Shown: positions 38,567-48,554 of the stretch, piece by piece | Position numbering within the stretch: the first letter of the stretch is position 1 | Layout: each line of letters opens with the position of its first letter | Source: Candidatus Latescibacterota bacterium | Lineage (GTDB): Bacteria > Latescibacterota > UBA2968 | NCBI GenBank assembly: GCA_965222605.1 | Contig: OZ244960.1 | Span: 192,001 to 256,000 of the forward strand | Reading direction: 5' to 3' | Length of the DNA: 64,000 bases | Translations under genes and position numbers: made by a program | The notes under the pieces: generated by a model | Databases searched by the model: none | What the model was told of the DNA's origin: nothing | Seen by the model: only the letters and a program-made list of their open reading frames with translations

Positions 38567-41089
38567 CTATAGCCACTCATCCATCCCCGCGTCTTGCAGG
38601 GCACCCAACAAGTGGGGCACGCCGAAAAACAGCAGGCTCAAGTACATGGGGCTCATTCCTACTGCGCCGCGCCTTTTGGGATCGTCGCTCCAATCCTGCG
38701 ATTCGGCCAAGCGGCGCAGCAATTGCTGGCCCACCTCCAAATAGCCCCGCTCGCCTGTCAGCTTGTACGCATAGCTCAGGTGGCGGCACAGCACCCCGCC
38801 GTAGTGCTGCTTCCATGCCATTTCGGGATCGAAAACTCCAGGCCCACCGCAAAACCAATCCACGGCCCGCAGATAGCATTTGGCCACATCGGTTCGGCCG
38901 GTCAGTCGGTGCAGCAATTCGAGGCCGATCATTAAATAGTGGGTCTGGTAGCCCTTTTGGTCGGCGTAGGACAGCACGTGTTTGCCCGCGGCAGAAGCCC
39001 CGCCCAGGGCCTTGTGCTCAGCCGGGGTAAAAGGTGTTGCGGTGCCCATTTCCACGGCCAGGGTCGTGCCTTCGGTAGCCATGCCGTAGGGCGCCTGGTC
39101 GGGCAGCCGATCAGGAGTAGAAACCTGAAAGCGCTTGTGCCAACTGCCGTCGTCGTTCTGACCTCGGGCGATGACCTGAAAAATTTCTTCGGCGCGCTGT
39201 TTGAAACGCGCTTTGCCCGTTAGTTCCCACAAGTACAGCAGGCCGCGCAAGGTGTTGGCAATGCTGCGCAAACTAAAGGAGAAACGGGGATCTTCGCTCC
39301 AGCGATAGCGCAGGAAAAATTCGCCGGCTTCCCCGAGCACCTCCAATGTCCGGTGGTCGCCCGTCAAGTAGTAATAGTCGATCCAGTTGTCGATAAAGGT
39401 GTGCGAAGCGCAAGGCTCGTCTCCAAAGTGGTCGATGCTGTGTCGGAAACAGCCGCCGACCCGATACGGCCTGAGCGGGTGGTAGTGGCAGGTGTCCACA
39501 TCCATCGAGTGCCGAGTCATGGCCTCACCGAGACGGAACCAACGCCCTGCCCCGCTGCGCAAATACTGGATCCACACCCCGTGGCGCGGGTCCCACTCGC
39601 TGTTGCACCAGCCCCACCGGCCCCGGAAGCGCCAGTCGCCGGTCGATTCCTCCCATGCCACGAGCACATCGCCCCAGTCAAAAAAGCCGTACCAGCGGTT
39701 GACTTCAATGCTGCGCGCCATCCACTCGAGGAAGCCGTCGAGCATGCGCTCGGAGTGCGGGAAGGCATCTACCGCGCGGACCGCAAAGCCGCCAGTGACC
39801 TGGCAGTGGGCCATCCAGCCGGGATCAACCGCGACGTGTGGCCAATCGAGCAAAGCCGTCAGCCGTTGGGGGGCTTCTTCGCTGGTATTGCGTTGGAAGT
39901 AATCGATGAAAAATTCCGAGGTTTTGGCCGTGCCCAGGCCATCGCTGTACACGCCTTCTCCCTCGTGCCAGGCCACTTCCTCGGCATAGCGCCTGAAATG
40001 CAGTCGCCCGCCGTCCGGATCTTTCCACAAAAACACATCGATTCCCCCTCGATCCACGCCTATGGCTTTGGGGTATTCCTCGGCCATATAGCGCAACGCC
40101 ACCCCGACCCCGGCTTCCTCGCCCTCCAACACGGCCCACCCACCGGCCCGTTCACCTTCTGCCATCCTCTCTGAGCGTCCGCCGCGCCGACGCTCCAGGC
40201 GGAAGTGGCGATCCTGACGCTGGGCCAAAAGCAGGCCTTCGTCCTGATCCAGAACGCCTTCCATCCATCGATTCCCACCCAGCCGGTAGCGCCGTTTTCC
40301 CCCCCACGCCACGGGGATCCGCACGGCCAGTTCCCGCAATTCGGTCTGATTTGGATCGCAGGCTACCACTACGGTGTGCAGGACTCGCAAAAAGGCGTGG
40401 CCGGCAAAGGCGTATATCCGCGTCACGAGACGAAAGGGTTGGTAGCCGACGTAGTGGTGCATGGGCGCCTCTGATTCCAGGGCACCTTCGCAGCGGATCA
40501 CCGCCCGCAGAGGCCCGGATTCTTCCACCTGGACTCGGTACGCGCTTTCCCCCAGCGATGCCCGGCATATCCCGCCCATGCCGTAGATCCGCCGCTGGGT
40601 CTCCCCGATTTCAAAAGCCTCGCAAATATCGGCCCAACTGTCGCCGCCTTGCGAACTCACAGCGACTTCTTCGACAAAGCCATCGGCCTCCTGCCGCCCC
40701 AATGATACCGCGTGTACCAAGCCATAGCGCCGCCGACTCACGGCAAAGCGCAGGGGGCCGGTACACACGACAATGCGCTTGTCGCTCTCGCTTATTTGCA
40801 GTCGATTTGCCGGAGCAGCGCGAGGGGCTTCGCCGGCATAACACAAGTGGTAAACCGCCGATCCGACCACGTCGGCTTGAAAATCGACCAGGACCCACTT
40901 GATACTGCCGTCGGGCCAATGGCTCAGTGGACGACTTTGCAGGGTTACAGCCCGTCCCCGAGCATCCTCCAACCACAAATCGGCGCATTCGGCTACAGCC
41001 CCTTGTGGCAGGGGCACACCCCGGGTCACAGGCCACGCGCGGCGTTCGATCCCGCTCTCTTCCTGGACAATCAATGTTAGACGTTGCAT
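38567..41089 (-). CDS. PcRGLX/YetA-like (PL26-related) protein with N-terminal RIFT-barrel domain
   Basis: PVTRGVPLPQG, HWPDGSIKW, VEESGPLRAVI, WYGFFDWGD, YYYLTGD; GGAGG SD; visibly GC-richer than its flanks. Confidence 0.6.
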   Translation of the reverse strand: MQRLTLIVQEESGIERRAWPVTRGVPLPQGAVAECADLWLEDARGRAVTLQSRPLSHWPDGSIKWVLVDFQADVVGSAVYHLCYAGEAPRAAPANRLQISESDKRIVVCTGPLRFAVSRRRYGLVHAVSLGRQEADGFVEEVAVSSQGGDSWADICEAFEIGETQRRIYGMGGICRASLGESAYRVQVEESGPLRAVIRCEGALESEAPMHHYVGYQPFRLVTRIYAFAGHAFLRVLHTVVVACDPNQTELRELAVRIPVAWGGKRRYRLGGNRWMEGVLDQDEGLLLAQRQDRHFRLERRRGGRSERMAEGERAGGWAVLEGEEAGVGVALRYMAEEYPKAIGVDRGGIDVFLWKDPDGGRLHFRRYAEEVAWHEGEGVYSDGLGTAKTSEFFIDYFQRNTSEEAPQRLTALLDWPHVAVDPGWMAHCQVTGGFAVRAVDAFPHSERMLDGFLEWMARSIEVNRWYGFFDWGDVLVAWEESTGDWRFRGRWGWCNSEWDPRHGVWIQYLRSGAGRWFRLGEAMTRHSMDVDTCHYHPLRPYRVGGCFRHSIDHFGDEPCASHTFIDNWIDYYYLTGDHRTLEVLGEAGEFFLRYRWSEDPRFSFSLRSIANTLRGLLYLWELTGKARFKQRAEEIFQVIARGQNDDGSWHKRFQVSTPDRLPDQAPYGMATEGTTLAVEMGTATPFTPAEHKALGGASAAGKHVLSYADQKGYQTHYLMIGLELLHRLTGRTDVAKCYLRAVDWFCGGPGVFDPEMAWKQHYGGVLCRHLSYAYKLTGERGYLEVGQQLLRRLAESQDWSDDPKRRGAVGMSPMYLSLLFFGVPHLLGALQDAGMDEWL

Positions 41090-41329
41090 ATCTTCCTCCG
41101 CTCGTGAACACACCGGGTATTTTAAAACAGTTTCTAAAAAAAAGCCAACATTTTACGCACTGCATTTGGGCAAGAGGTGATGTACCTGTCTGCCATGGGC
41201 ACAGGCAGGCAACTGCGCCAGCAGTTCATCCCACCCCACCACCCAAAACCACTACGAGCATCCATTCGTTGATTCGTCGATTCGTCGATTCTTTTTTTTC
41301 TTATCAGATAGCCCGTAAACCCCATCGAA

Positions 41330-41347
41330 TCCCTGCTTTCGCAGGGA
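41330..41347. repeat. REP-like palindrome
   Basis: TCCCTGC-TTTC-GCAGGGA hairpin in the intergenic region. Confidence 0.4.
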
Positions 41348-41446
41348 CATGCTTATGGGGTGGTGAAAGAGCGTTGGGGCACAATCATCAAGGGATTGTG
41401 GGCGGTGAGTCATTGTGATTCGTCCGCTCATTCCACGAAAAATGGG

Positions 41447-41475
41447 TTGACAAAATATGTGCATAAGTGTATATT
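41447..41475 (+). promoter_or_regulatory. Sigma70-like promoter of tnpB (probably leaderless)
   Basis: TTGACA-17 nt-TATATT, ATG at 41482, no SD. Confidence 0.6.
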
Positions 41476-41481
41476 TTACTT

Positions 41482-42600
41482 ATGCTTAAGTCCTTCAAAT
41501 ACAGATTGCGCCCGACGAAGAAACAGGAGAAAATCCTGCTGGCGCACATTGAAGAATGTCGCTTGCTGTATAACCAACTTGTCTGTGCAAGAATACAAGC
41601 GTGGCAGCAAAAGCATCAGTCTTTATCCTGCTATGACCAGATAAAAACCATTCCATTGATGAAGAAACAACGACCTGAATTTACGCAAGTGTATAGTCAG
41701 GTGTTGCAACAGGTCGCGGTACGGGTTGATCTTGCATTCAAGGCGTTCTTTCGTCGTGTCAAAGCGCGGGCAAGGACGGGTGAGAAAGCTGGCTTTCCCA
41801 GATACAAGGGTCAGAATCGCTATGATTCGATCACCTATCCTCAGTTTTCCAATGGCTGCCGATTGGAAGATAAGGGCTTGCGATTGGGTAAGATAGGCTG
41901 TATTCGGATTGTGCAGCACCGACCCCTTGAGGGTATGCCCAAGTCTTGCAGTCTCAGTCGCACAGCCACAGGCAAGTGGTTCGCTACTATCTCTTGTGAC
42001 ATAGGCGACGCGCCTGAAAAAACAGACGCTGGCCCCGCTGTTGGCATTGACGTGGGACTTGATAATTTTGCTATGTTTTCTGACAGAGAGAAGATAGCCA
42101 ATCCTCGCTTTTTTCGTAAAGAGGAAAAGGTGCTTGCCAAAGCACAGCGCAAGTGGGATAAAATGAAAAAAGTGTCGCCAAAGAAACGGGAGAAAGCGCG
42201 TAAGGTTGTTGCCAGAGTGCACGAGCGTATCCGGAATAGACGACATAATTTTGTGCATCAAGAGTCTCGAAAGATAATAAATAAATACGGCTTTGTCGTC
42301 GTAGAAAAGTTAAAACCTAAAGAGATGCAAAAGAATCGTCGTTTATCAAAAAGCATCTCAGATGCAGCGTGGTCCCTGTTTCGGCATTGTCTCTCATACA
42401 AAGCGGAAGAAGCTGGTATTGGATTCAAGGCCGTTGATCCTGAATACACCTCACAAGATTGTTCTGCATGTGGACACCGCGAGAAGAAGGAACTCTCTGA
42501 TCGTGTGCATCATTGCAAGAAGTGTGGCTATACAGCAGACAGAGACCTCAATGCTGCGATAAACATATTGACTTTGGGATTACAAAGTCAGGCGGTTTGA
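41482..42600 (+). CDS. tnpB: RNA-guided endonuclease TnpB (IS200/IS605 family)
   Basis: FKYRLRPT HTH; RuvC D (GIDVG), E (VVEKL), D (DRDLNAAINI); Zn ribbon CSAC/CKKC. Confidence 0.95.
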   Translation: MLKSFKYRLRPTKKQEKILLAHIEECRLLYNQLVCARIQAWQQKHQSLSCYDQIKTIPLMKKQRPEFTQVYSQVLQQVAVRVDLAFKAFFRRVKARARTGEKAGFPRYKGQNRYDSITYPQFSNGCRLEDKGLRLGKIGCIRIVQHRPLEGMPKSCSLSRTATGKWFATISCDIGDAPEKTDAGPAVGIDVGLDNFAMFSDREKIANPRFFRKEEKVLAKAQRKWDKMKKVSPKKREKARKVVARVHERIRNRRHNFVHQESRKIINKYGFVVVEKLKPKEMQKNRRLSKSISDAAWSLFRHCLSYKAEEAGIGFKAVDPEYTSQDCSACGHREKKELSDRVHHCKKCGYTADRDLNAAINILTLGLQSQAV

Positions 42601-42641
42601 CCGCCAAGAAGCCCAACTGTTTTAGCGTTGGGAGTAATCAC
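41482..42641 (+). mobile_element. Solo-tnpB (IS1341-like) element with right end; left end not identified
   Basis: Right end ...AGAAGCCCAACTGTTTTAGCGTTGGGAGTAATCAC; no tnpA nearby. Confidence 0.65.
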
Positions 42642-42731
42642 ACTTGACTCATAGCTCAAAAGCTGGTATTGTTATGACTTCTAAAAATAAGTGGTGCTTT
42701 TGATCAACCTCTTTTTTCAGAATATACTTTT

Positions 42732-43613
42732 ATGAACGCCGAACTGGTACATACAAAAACATTTGTGAATGACTTATTTGTTTTAATTAAATTTCGAATT
42801 GGGTTGATGGTCGTGTTTAGCACTTCTGTGGGGTATGTGCTGGGCATGGGATATAGTCCCGATCCGATTCACATCTTCCATGTGCTATTCGCAACTTTTT
42901 TGACCACATCTGGCACAGGTGTTTTGAACCAGTTTATGGAACGCGAGCGCGATGCGAGAATGGGACGCACGGCTGACCGACCGCTACCCGCGGGACGCAT
43001 TGCGCCAGAATTGGCCTGTTGGTTCGGGCTAATTTTAAGTGGTATGGGCATTGTCTATCTGGGGGTGCTGGTCAACGGTTTGACTGCGCTCGTGGGCGCA
43101 TTAACTGTGGTGGTATATTTGCTTCTCTATACACCCTTAAAGCCCAAAACACCGCACAATACAACTATTGGTGCCATCGCAGGCGCACTGCCGCCAGTGG
43201 GTGGATGGACCGCAGCAACTGGCGTTTTGAGTGGCGAAGCACTGGCCCTGTTTGGCATTTTGTTTTTGTGGCAATTCCCCCATTTTTTATCCATTGCCTG
43301 GCTTTATCGAGAAGATTACGCACGGGGCGGGTTTCGCATGCTCCCCATAGAAGACCCGCAAGGCCATAGAACCGCCCATCAAGTGGTACTTTATACCCTG
43401 GTTTTGTTGTCGTGCAGCCTGATGCCGGCACTATTGGGTATGGCTGGTGTGGCGTATTTTGGCGTTGCCGTATTGCTCGGCCTGGGTCTGTTGTACGCCA
43501 GTTTGACCTTCGCACGATCGCGCACCGATGTGTTAGCACGCCGTCTGATGCGGGCAACGCTCATATATCTGCCCGTGTTGTGGACAGTAATGATGTTAGA
43601 CAAAATTGCGTGA
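42732..43613 (+). CDS. cyoE: Protoheme IX farnesyltransferase (heme O synthase)
   Basis: LNQFMERERDARMGRTADRPLPAG, YTPLK, IGAIAGALPP, WQFPHF. Confidence 0.95.
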   Translation: MNAELVHTKTFVNDLFVLIKFRIGLMVVFSTSVGYVLGMGYSPDPIHIFHVLFATFLTTSGTGVLNQFMERERDARMGRTADRPLPAGRIAPELACWFGLILSGMGIVYLGVLVNGLTALVGALTVVVYLLLYTPLKPKTPHNTTIGAIAGALPPVGGWTAATGVLSGEALALFGILFLWQFPHFLSIAWLYREDYARGGFRMLPIEDPQGHRTAHQVVLYTLVLLSCSLMPALLGMAGVAYFGVAVLLGLGLLYASLTFARSRTDVLARRLMRATLIYLPVLWTVMMLDKIA

Positions 43614-43695
43614 GACAAGTGTGCATCCGATTTGGAAGATACAGGAGGTGATAGGCTGACCTATCACCTTTCTTTGTATGTGCGGGAGAAGTCAA

Positions 43696-44619
43696 GTGCA
43701 AGCAGCAATAGCTGTCGAAAATGTGAGTCACAAATTTGACGAGCGCGTGGCCTTAGACGGCATCACATTACAGATAATGCCCGGGGAAATGTACGGTCTT
43801 TTAGGCCCCAATGGAGGGGGAAAGACCACCCTATTTCGCATGTTGTGTACAATGCTGCCTCCCGATCACGGCACGATCTACCTGCTGGGCAAAAACGCCG
43901 CTGCCAATGCTGTGCGCGCACATATCGGGGTGGTTTTTCAGCATCCCAGCTTAGATGTGCGTTTGACCGTATTGGAAAATTTGCGCCATCAAGGCCATCT
44001 CTACGGTCTGAAAGGCCGCCCGCTCTCCCAGCGCATCGAAGAAGTACTGGACATGATGGCCCTCACAGATCGCGCAAAAGATCGGGTAGAAATACTATCT
44101 GGCGGATTACAGCGGCGCGTTGAACTGTGCAAGAGTTTATTGCACCGCCCCAAAATATTGATTTTTGATGAACCCTGCACTGGGCTTGATCCCGGCGCGC
44201 GGCGAGGGTTTTGGGACGATCTGGATATTTTGCGGCGGACCTATGGCACGACACTCGTACTGACGACCCATTTTATAGAAGAGGCCGAGCGCTGTGATCG
44301 CATTGGCATTTTAGATCGCGGACGGCTAATAGCCGAAGGCACGCCCGAGGCATTAAAGCGTACAGTAGGGTGCGAAGTGATTACCCTTGAGACACGCGAC
44401 CCCAAAAGCCTGCAATTGCAAATCGAAAAAGTTGTGGGACGCGATGTCCAGATAATTGACGGACAGGTGCGTATTGCCTGCGATGAAGGGCAGCGACTGT
44501 TGGCACAATTGTATCCTCTTCTGCGAGAGAATGTTCAGGCTATGACCTTGAGCGTGCCCACACTTGAGGATGTTTTTGTGCAGCGAACAGGACACGGATT
44601 TCACGTGGAGGATCAGTAG
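43696..44619 (+). CDS. ABC transporter ATP-binding protein (ABC-2/DrrA-like)
   Basis: GPNGGGKTT, LSGG, IFDEP, TTH; GTG start after GGGAG. Confidence 0.92.
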   Translation: MQAAIAVENVSHKFDERVALDGITLQIMPGEMYGLLGPNGGGKTTLFRMLCTMLPPDHGTIYLLGKNAAANAVRAHIGVVFQHPSLDVRLTVLENLRHQGHLYGLKGRPLSQRIEEVLDMMALTDRAKDRVEILSGGLQRRVELCKSLLHRPKILIFDEPCTGLDPGARRGFWDDLDILRRTYGTTLVLTTHFIEEAERCDRIGILDRGRLIAEGTPEALKRTVGCEVITLETRDPKSLQLQIEKVVGRDVQIIDGQVRIACDEGQRLLAQLYPLLRENVQAMTLSVPTLEDVFVQRTGHGFHVEDQ

Positions 44620-45389
44620 TGCGAATGGCTTTCTGGTTGCCTGTAGTGTCGCTCTGGCGGCGCGAGTTGGTGCGCTTTGCCCGAGACCGCAATCGATTAT
44701 TCGGTGCAATAGGCCAGCCTCTGGTGTTCTGGTTGCTATTGGGAGCTGGTTTTGAAAAGTCTTTCGCGCCCCTGGGGATTTCCAGTGGATATCTGGAATA
44801 TATTTATCCGGGAATATTGTTGCTGATTTTGTTATTTACAGCGATCTTTTCGACCATTTCGGTAATTGAAGACCGGCGGGAAGGATTTATGCAATCGGTG
44901 CTGGTCGCACCCGTATCGAGGATCGGATTGGTGCTGGGAAAAGTTCTCGGCGGGGGAACCCTGGCCTTTTTGGAAAGCCTGGTATTTTTGGTATTTTTGG
45001 CATTTTTAGATATCCCAATCAGCATCGCGTCTCTGGGCATGACCCTCATTTTTTTAGCTATACTGGGGGTTGGCCTCACAGCTTTGGGCTTTGCGATAGC
45101 CTGGCAGGCTTCATCTACTGCGGGATTTCACGCGGTGATGAATTTGTTTCTATTCCCCCTATGGGTGCTCTCCGGTGCGTTTTTTCCCGCAGAAGGCGCG
45201 TCGCGCTGGCTGGCATACTTGATGGCAATAAATCCATTGACTTATGGTATGGATGGTTTGCGCCAATCTCTTTATCTCACAACATCCGGCGCAGATACCC
45301 ATTTGTGGTTTTGTGTTATAATAAGTGTAGCATTCGCGGCTCTGACCCTCAGCGCAGCCGTATGGCAAGTATGTCGAAAAGAAAAATAA
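44619..45389 (+). CDS. ABC-2 type permease
   Basis: YPGIL, EDRREGF, LSGAFFP, NPLTYG. Confidence 0.9.
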   Translation: MRMAFWLPVVSLWRRELVRFARDRNRLFGAIGQPLVFWLLLGAGFEKSFAPLGISSGYLEYIYPGILLLILLFTAIFSTISVIEDRREGFMQSVLVAPVSRIGLVLGKVLGGGTLAFLESLVFLVFLAFLDIPISIASLGMTLIFLAILGVGLTALGFAIAWQASSTAGFHAVMNLFLFPLWVLSGAFFPAEGASRWLAYLMAINPLTYGMDGLRQSLYLTTSGADTHLWFCVIISVAFAALTLSAAVWQVCRKEK

Positions 45390-45503
45390 ATAGGGGTTAG
45401 GGAATATCTCATATCTCCCCTCTTATAAAATTCTGGAACAGATATCTTATTTAATTGTTGGATATTATATTGACAGAATGAATCCCTGGCATATGGTCTT
45501 GTC

Positions 45504-46235
45504 ATGCAAAAACTAACACACCTATTATTTTTTACCTGTGTCTGTATGTCCTGCCTTGGTGGCTGTAGCTTGCTCGACCGTCAGCAAGGTCCCAAATTAC
45601 TGGATTTGCATACAGATCGCGGGCCTGACCCATCGGTGGGACGCGGGCAGGAAGTGCAAATTACCATCGTGACGGATGATCCAGATAATGACGAGTTGGA
45701 TTTTCGTTGGATTGCGACCGGAGGCGAATTTGCGGCCAGCCGTGCTGATACGCTGATTGATCTGTTTCAAGATTCGGTGACGGTCGTGTGGAAAGCACCC
45801 ATAGAACCCGGCGTTTATGAGTTGTTTTTAGAATTGGGTGACGGCCAATCTGAGACACTGGTGACCTCAGGGATGCGTATTGCCGTCACACAAGCCCCTC
45901 CCATTGCTGTTGTCGGTCCAGATCGGGAATTGGATTTTCTCGATGAGCTGCGCGTGGTTTTAGATGGCACTGGTAGTTCGGATCCAGATCAAGATGCACT
46001 GATGTATTTTTGGAAACAGACGGCAGGACCGCGCGTGGGATTGCAAAATAGCAGTGGCCCATCACCCGAGTTTTCGGTATCCGCACCGGCGGATTACATT
46101 TTTGAACTGCGCGTGGCGGACTTGATACAAGGGGTGGGCGATACGAGCAATGTGGCGGTTACACGGGTTCGCGTAACAGATCGCAATAGGCGCGTGACCG
46201 AGGCGGGCTTAGCTGAGTTGGGACGCGGGTTATAA
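45504..46235 (+). CDS. Lipoprotein with PKD/Ig-like domains
   Basis: Lipobox LGGC; DDPDNDEL.F.W and LDGTGSSDPDQD.L.Y.W.QTAGP motifs. Confidence 0.75.
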   Translation: MQKLTHLLFFTCVCMSCLGGCSLLDRQQGPKLLDLHTDRGPDPSVGRGQEVQITIVTDDPDNDELDFRWIATGGEFAASRADTLIDLFQDSVTVVWKAPIEPGVYELFLELGDGQSETLVTSGMRIAVTQAPPIAVVGPDRELDFLDELRVVLDGTGSSDPDQDALMYFWKQTAGPRVGLQNSSGPSPEFSVSAPADYIFELRVADLIQGVGDTSNVAVTRVRVTDRNRRVTEAGLAELGRGL

Positions 46236-46273
46236 CGAAAACACGAGCATCTATCTACATGACTTTTGGATTG

Positions 46274-46304
46274 AAGAGCAGGTAATAACCTGCTCTTTTT
46301 TTTT
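46274..46304. terminator. Terminator between convergent genes
   Basis: AAGAGCAGG-TAATAA-CCTGCTCTT + T run. Confidence 0.7.
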
Positions 46305-48429
46305 AGAACAGACAGAGTTGATCGCGTGCGACGGGTTGGAACAGGGGAAACAGGCGGCGAAATTCGCTATCGGAAAATAGAACGCGAAAACGCTCGGCCA
46401 TATCGTGCAATCGGCGCAGCAAATAGCCCCGGTCTTCGTCGTGGGTAAAAAATTCCGCGCGAGAAAGGGTGCCGTCCTGGCACTGGTAAACCGCGATACG
46501 CTCGCCAATGCGACAGCCTTCGGCAGCCCTGGCAAGCCGCCTCAGATTCGAGTTGGAAAAGGTTTTTTTTGTAATGCGCTCAAACCGGCAAAAATCTTCG
46601 GGATCAATCTCGCCGTCTTGCAACTTGCGTCCAAGAGATAGATATGCGCGAGAAGCGGCGTCTGTATCGCCATCGACGAGCAAGGGCGCAATCTCTGCAA
46701 TAAACTGGCGAAAGATGCGCTCATCGCGTCGGCTTCGCAAGCTGCTGCCCACAAGCGATACACTACCATCGTAATCGACGAGAATATAATTTTTTGCTTT
46801 GAGACTGACCATCCCTTTGAAGCGACCATCGTGCGAGAGATGAATACCTGGGGGCAAGGTAGCCGAAATTTCCTCGATGAGTTGTTTTTCATCGGTCTCT
46901 GTTTTGACATGCGGTGGCGCGACAAAATAAGCCCCATCCGTATCCACTTCTATAATTTCCCCACCGGCATCGCGCAAACAGGCGACGAGTTGGCGGGCGA
47001 TTTGCTGGCCGATTTCGGTGATCTTCTGCGCAGCGTGGTAGTCGTTAAAACACGCGCGGCCGTACGCGAGATATCCGTAAAAAGAGTTGATGAGAATTTT
47101 GTAGCTACTCTGCAACCCATTCCAATATGCGCGGTCGGTTTCGTCACTGGCACTTTGAAAATTTGTTTTGGCCTCAAGACGTCGTTGTGTGAGATGTTCG
47201 AGCATGGGCAAAAAAGCATTTTCAGTATCGGTCACCGGACGGATCTGTTGGGTCAACATAATCGATGGATAAAGACTTTCAACATCGGCTTTGACCACGC
47301 GCTTAAAAATACCCGAAGCCACGAGGCGCGTATAGCCACCGCTAAATCCCTTTGAGGGACGCGGTTTGGGAATGGCGAGATTGCGCCGCAGATAAAGCCC
47401 AACCATGAGGGCGTTGATTTTCTCTCCCGGCCCGCTGAGTGCGGCGTCTTGAAAGCCATAGGGCAAAATCTGTGTCTGATAAAATTCGGTGGGAACGACC
47501 ACCTCGCTGAGTGCTTTGACATCGCGCACATCGTCGAGCGCGTAGTCAATGAGACGTTGCGGATTGGTGCGCCATGTGCGGGCAATATCTTCCCCATCGA
47601 CAAACGTGCGCCCTGCCCGCTCGAGACCAAGTGCGTGGATGACCTGCTTGAGGCCATAGCGCTCCAGCTTACCCCCGGTATCATAACGCTGCACTTGTTG
47701 CAGGGTATCGATAATGTGTCGCCCGTGGACATAAGCCGGGCGAAAGCCCGGGATTTGTGCCCCAACTTTGAAGACGCGCTGCCCGTTTCCCGCACGCAAT
47801 GCCGACCCGTCTCGCCCCCACCTGAGGGAAATGCCATAGTGTTGGGCGCGAGCGACGAGATAGGGCAAATCAAATTCAAATATATTATGGCCTTCAATCG
47901 TATCGGGGTTGCGCGCGTCAATTACCTTGTTGAGGTTGCGAAGCAAGTCTGCCTCGCTCATATCCGTAGCACTCAGCACAGTTTCAAAGCCACGCGAATC
48001 GGAAATTGAGATGAGAATGATTTGTGCATCGGGTGCCGAGGGATCAAGCGTGAGGGTCTCGATATCGAGTTGCAATCGGTGGAGGTCGCCGTAGCGCATG
48101 CCGCGAAAGAGGGTTTGTCCCGAAAGTGTCAGATGCTGCCGCACGGGATTATTAAAATTAAAATGCGGTATGCCATCCTGAGCGAGGCGGTCGCGTGCTG
48201 CGAGAAAATGAGACCAGTTGTGAAAGTGTATCCTCGCGCGAAATTCGCCGCCGCCTTTGAGACGCACACAATCCGAAACCCCGACAAAGCCAGACCGAGC
48301 GGACTCTTCGGGTGTCTCAACGAGCAACCACGGGGAAAAGGGTTGCAGGTGACAATTATCGCGCGTGTAGAGCGCCATCTGGTTGCCGCCGACAAGTTCG
48401 GCAGCGAGAACACCGGGGAGATAAGCCAT
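46303..48429 (-). CDS. polB: Family B DNA polymerase with 3'-5' exonuclease
   Basis: Exo I DIET, Exo II HNIFEFDLPY, Exo III YALDD; motif A DVESLYPS, motif B KILINSFYG, motif C VDTDG. Confidence 0.92.
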   Translation of the reverse strand: MAYLPGVLAAELVGGNQMALYTRDNCHLQPFSPWLLVETPEESARSGFVGVSDCVRLKGGGEFRARIHFHNWSHFLAARDRLAQDGIPHFNFNNPVRQHLTLSGQTLFRGMRYGDLHRLQLDIETLTLDPSAPDAQIILISISDSRGFETVLSATDMSEADLLRNLNKVIDARNPDTIEGHNIFEFDLPYLVARAQHYGISLRWGRDGSALRAGNGQRVFKVGAQIPGFRPAYVHGRHIIDTLQQVQRYDTGGKLERYGLKQVIHALGLERAGRTFVDGEDIARTWRTNPQRLIDYALDDVRDVKALSEVVVPTEFYQTQILPYGFQDAALSGPGEKINALMVGLYLRRNLAIPKPRPSKGFSGGYTRLVASGIFKRVVKADVESLYPSIMLTQQIRPVTDTENAFLPMLEHLTQRRLEAKTNFQSASDETDRAYWNGLQSSYKILINSFYGYLAYGRACFNDYHAAQKITEIGQQIARQLVACLRDAGGEIIEVDTDGAYFVAPPHVKTETDEKQLIEEISATLPPGIHLSHDGRFKGMVSLKAKNYILVDYDGSVSLVGSSLRSRRDERIFRQFIAEIAPLLVDGDTDAASRAYLSLGRKLQDGEIDPEDFCRFERITKKTFSNSNLRRLARAAEGCRIGERIAVYQCQDGTLSRAEFFTHDEDRGYLLRRLHDMAERFRVLFSDSEFRRLFPLFQPVARDQLCLF

Positions 48430-48554
48430 TGTGTTGCTCCAATTTGTTGCGGAAGAAGGGGAAAGCAACTTGTTTAAATATAGCCAATTTTTACCCGCCT
48501 TGCAATGTGGGGAGTTCTAAACCACGCAATCGCATATCCTATCAGGCCTTTTGG

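Noticed and set aside
41482-42600. Nuclease-dead TldR or Cas12f
   Set aside because: The RuvC D-E-D residues are intact and there is no CRISPR array.
46303-48429. Prophage or pipolin marked by PolB
   Set aside because: No integrase, structural or other phage genes adjacent, and no att repeats seen.
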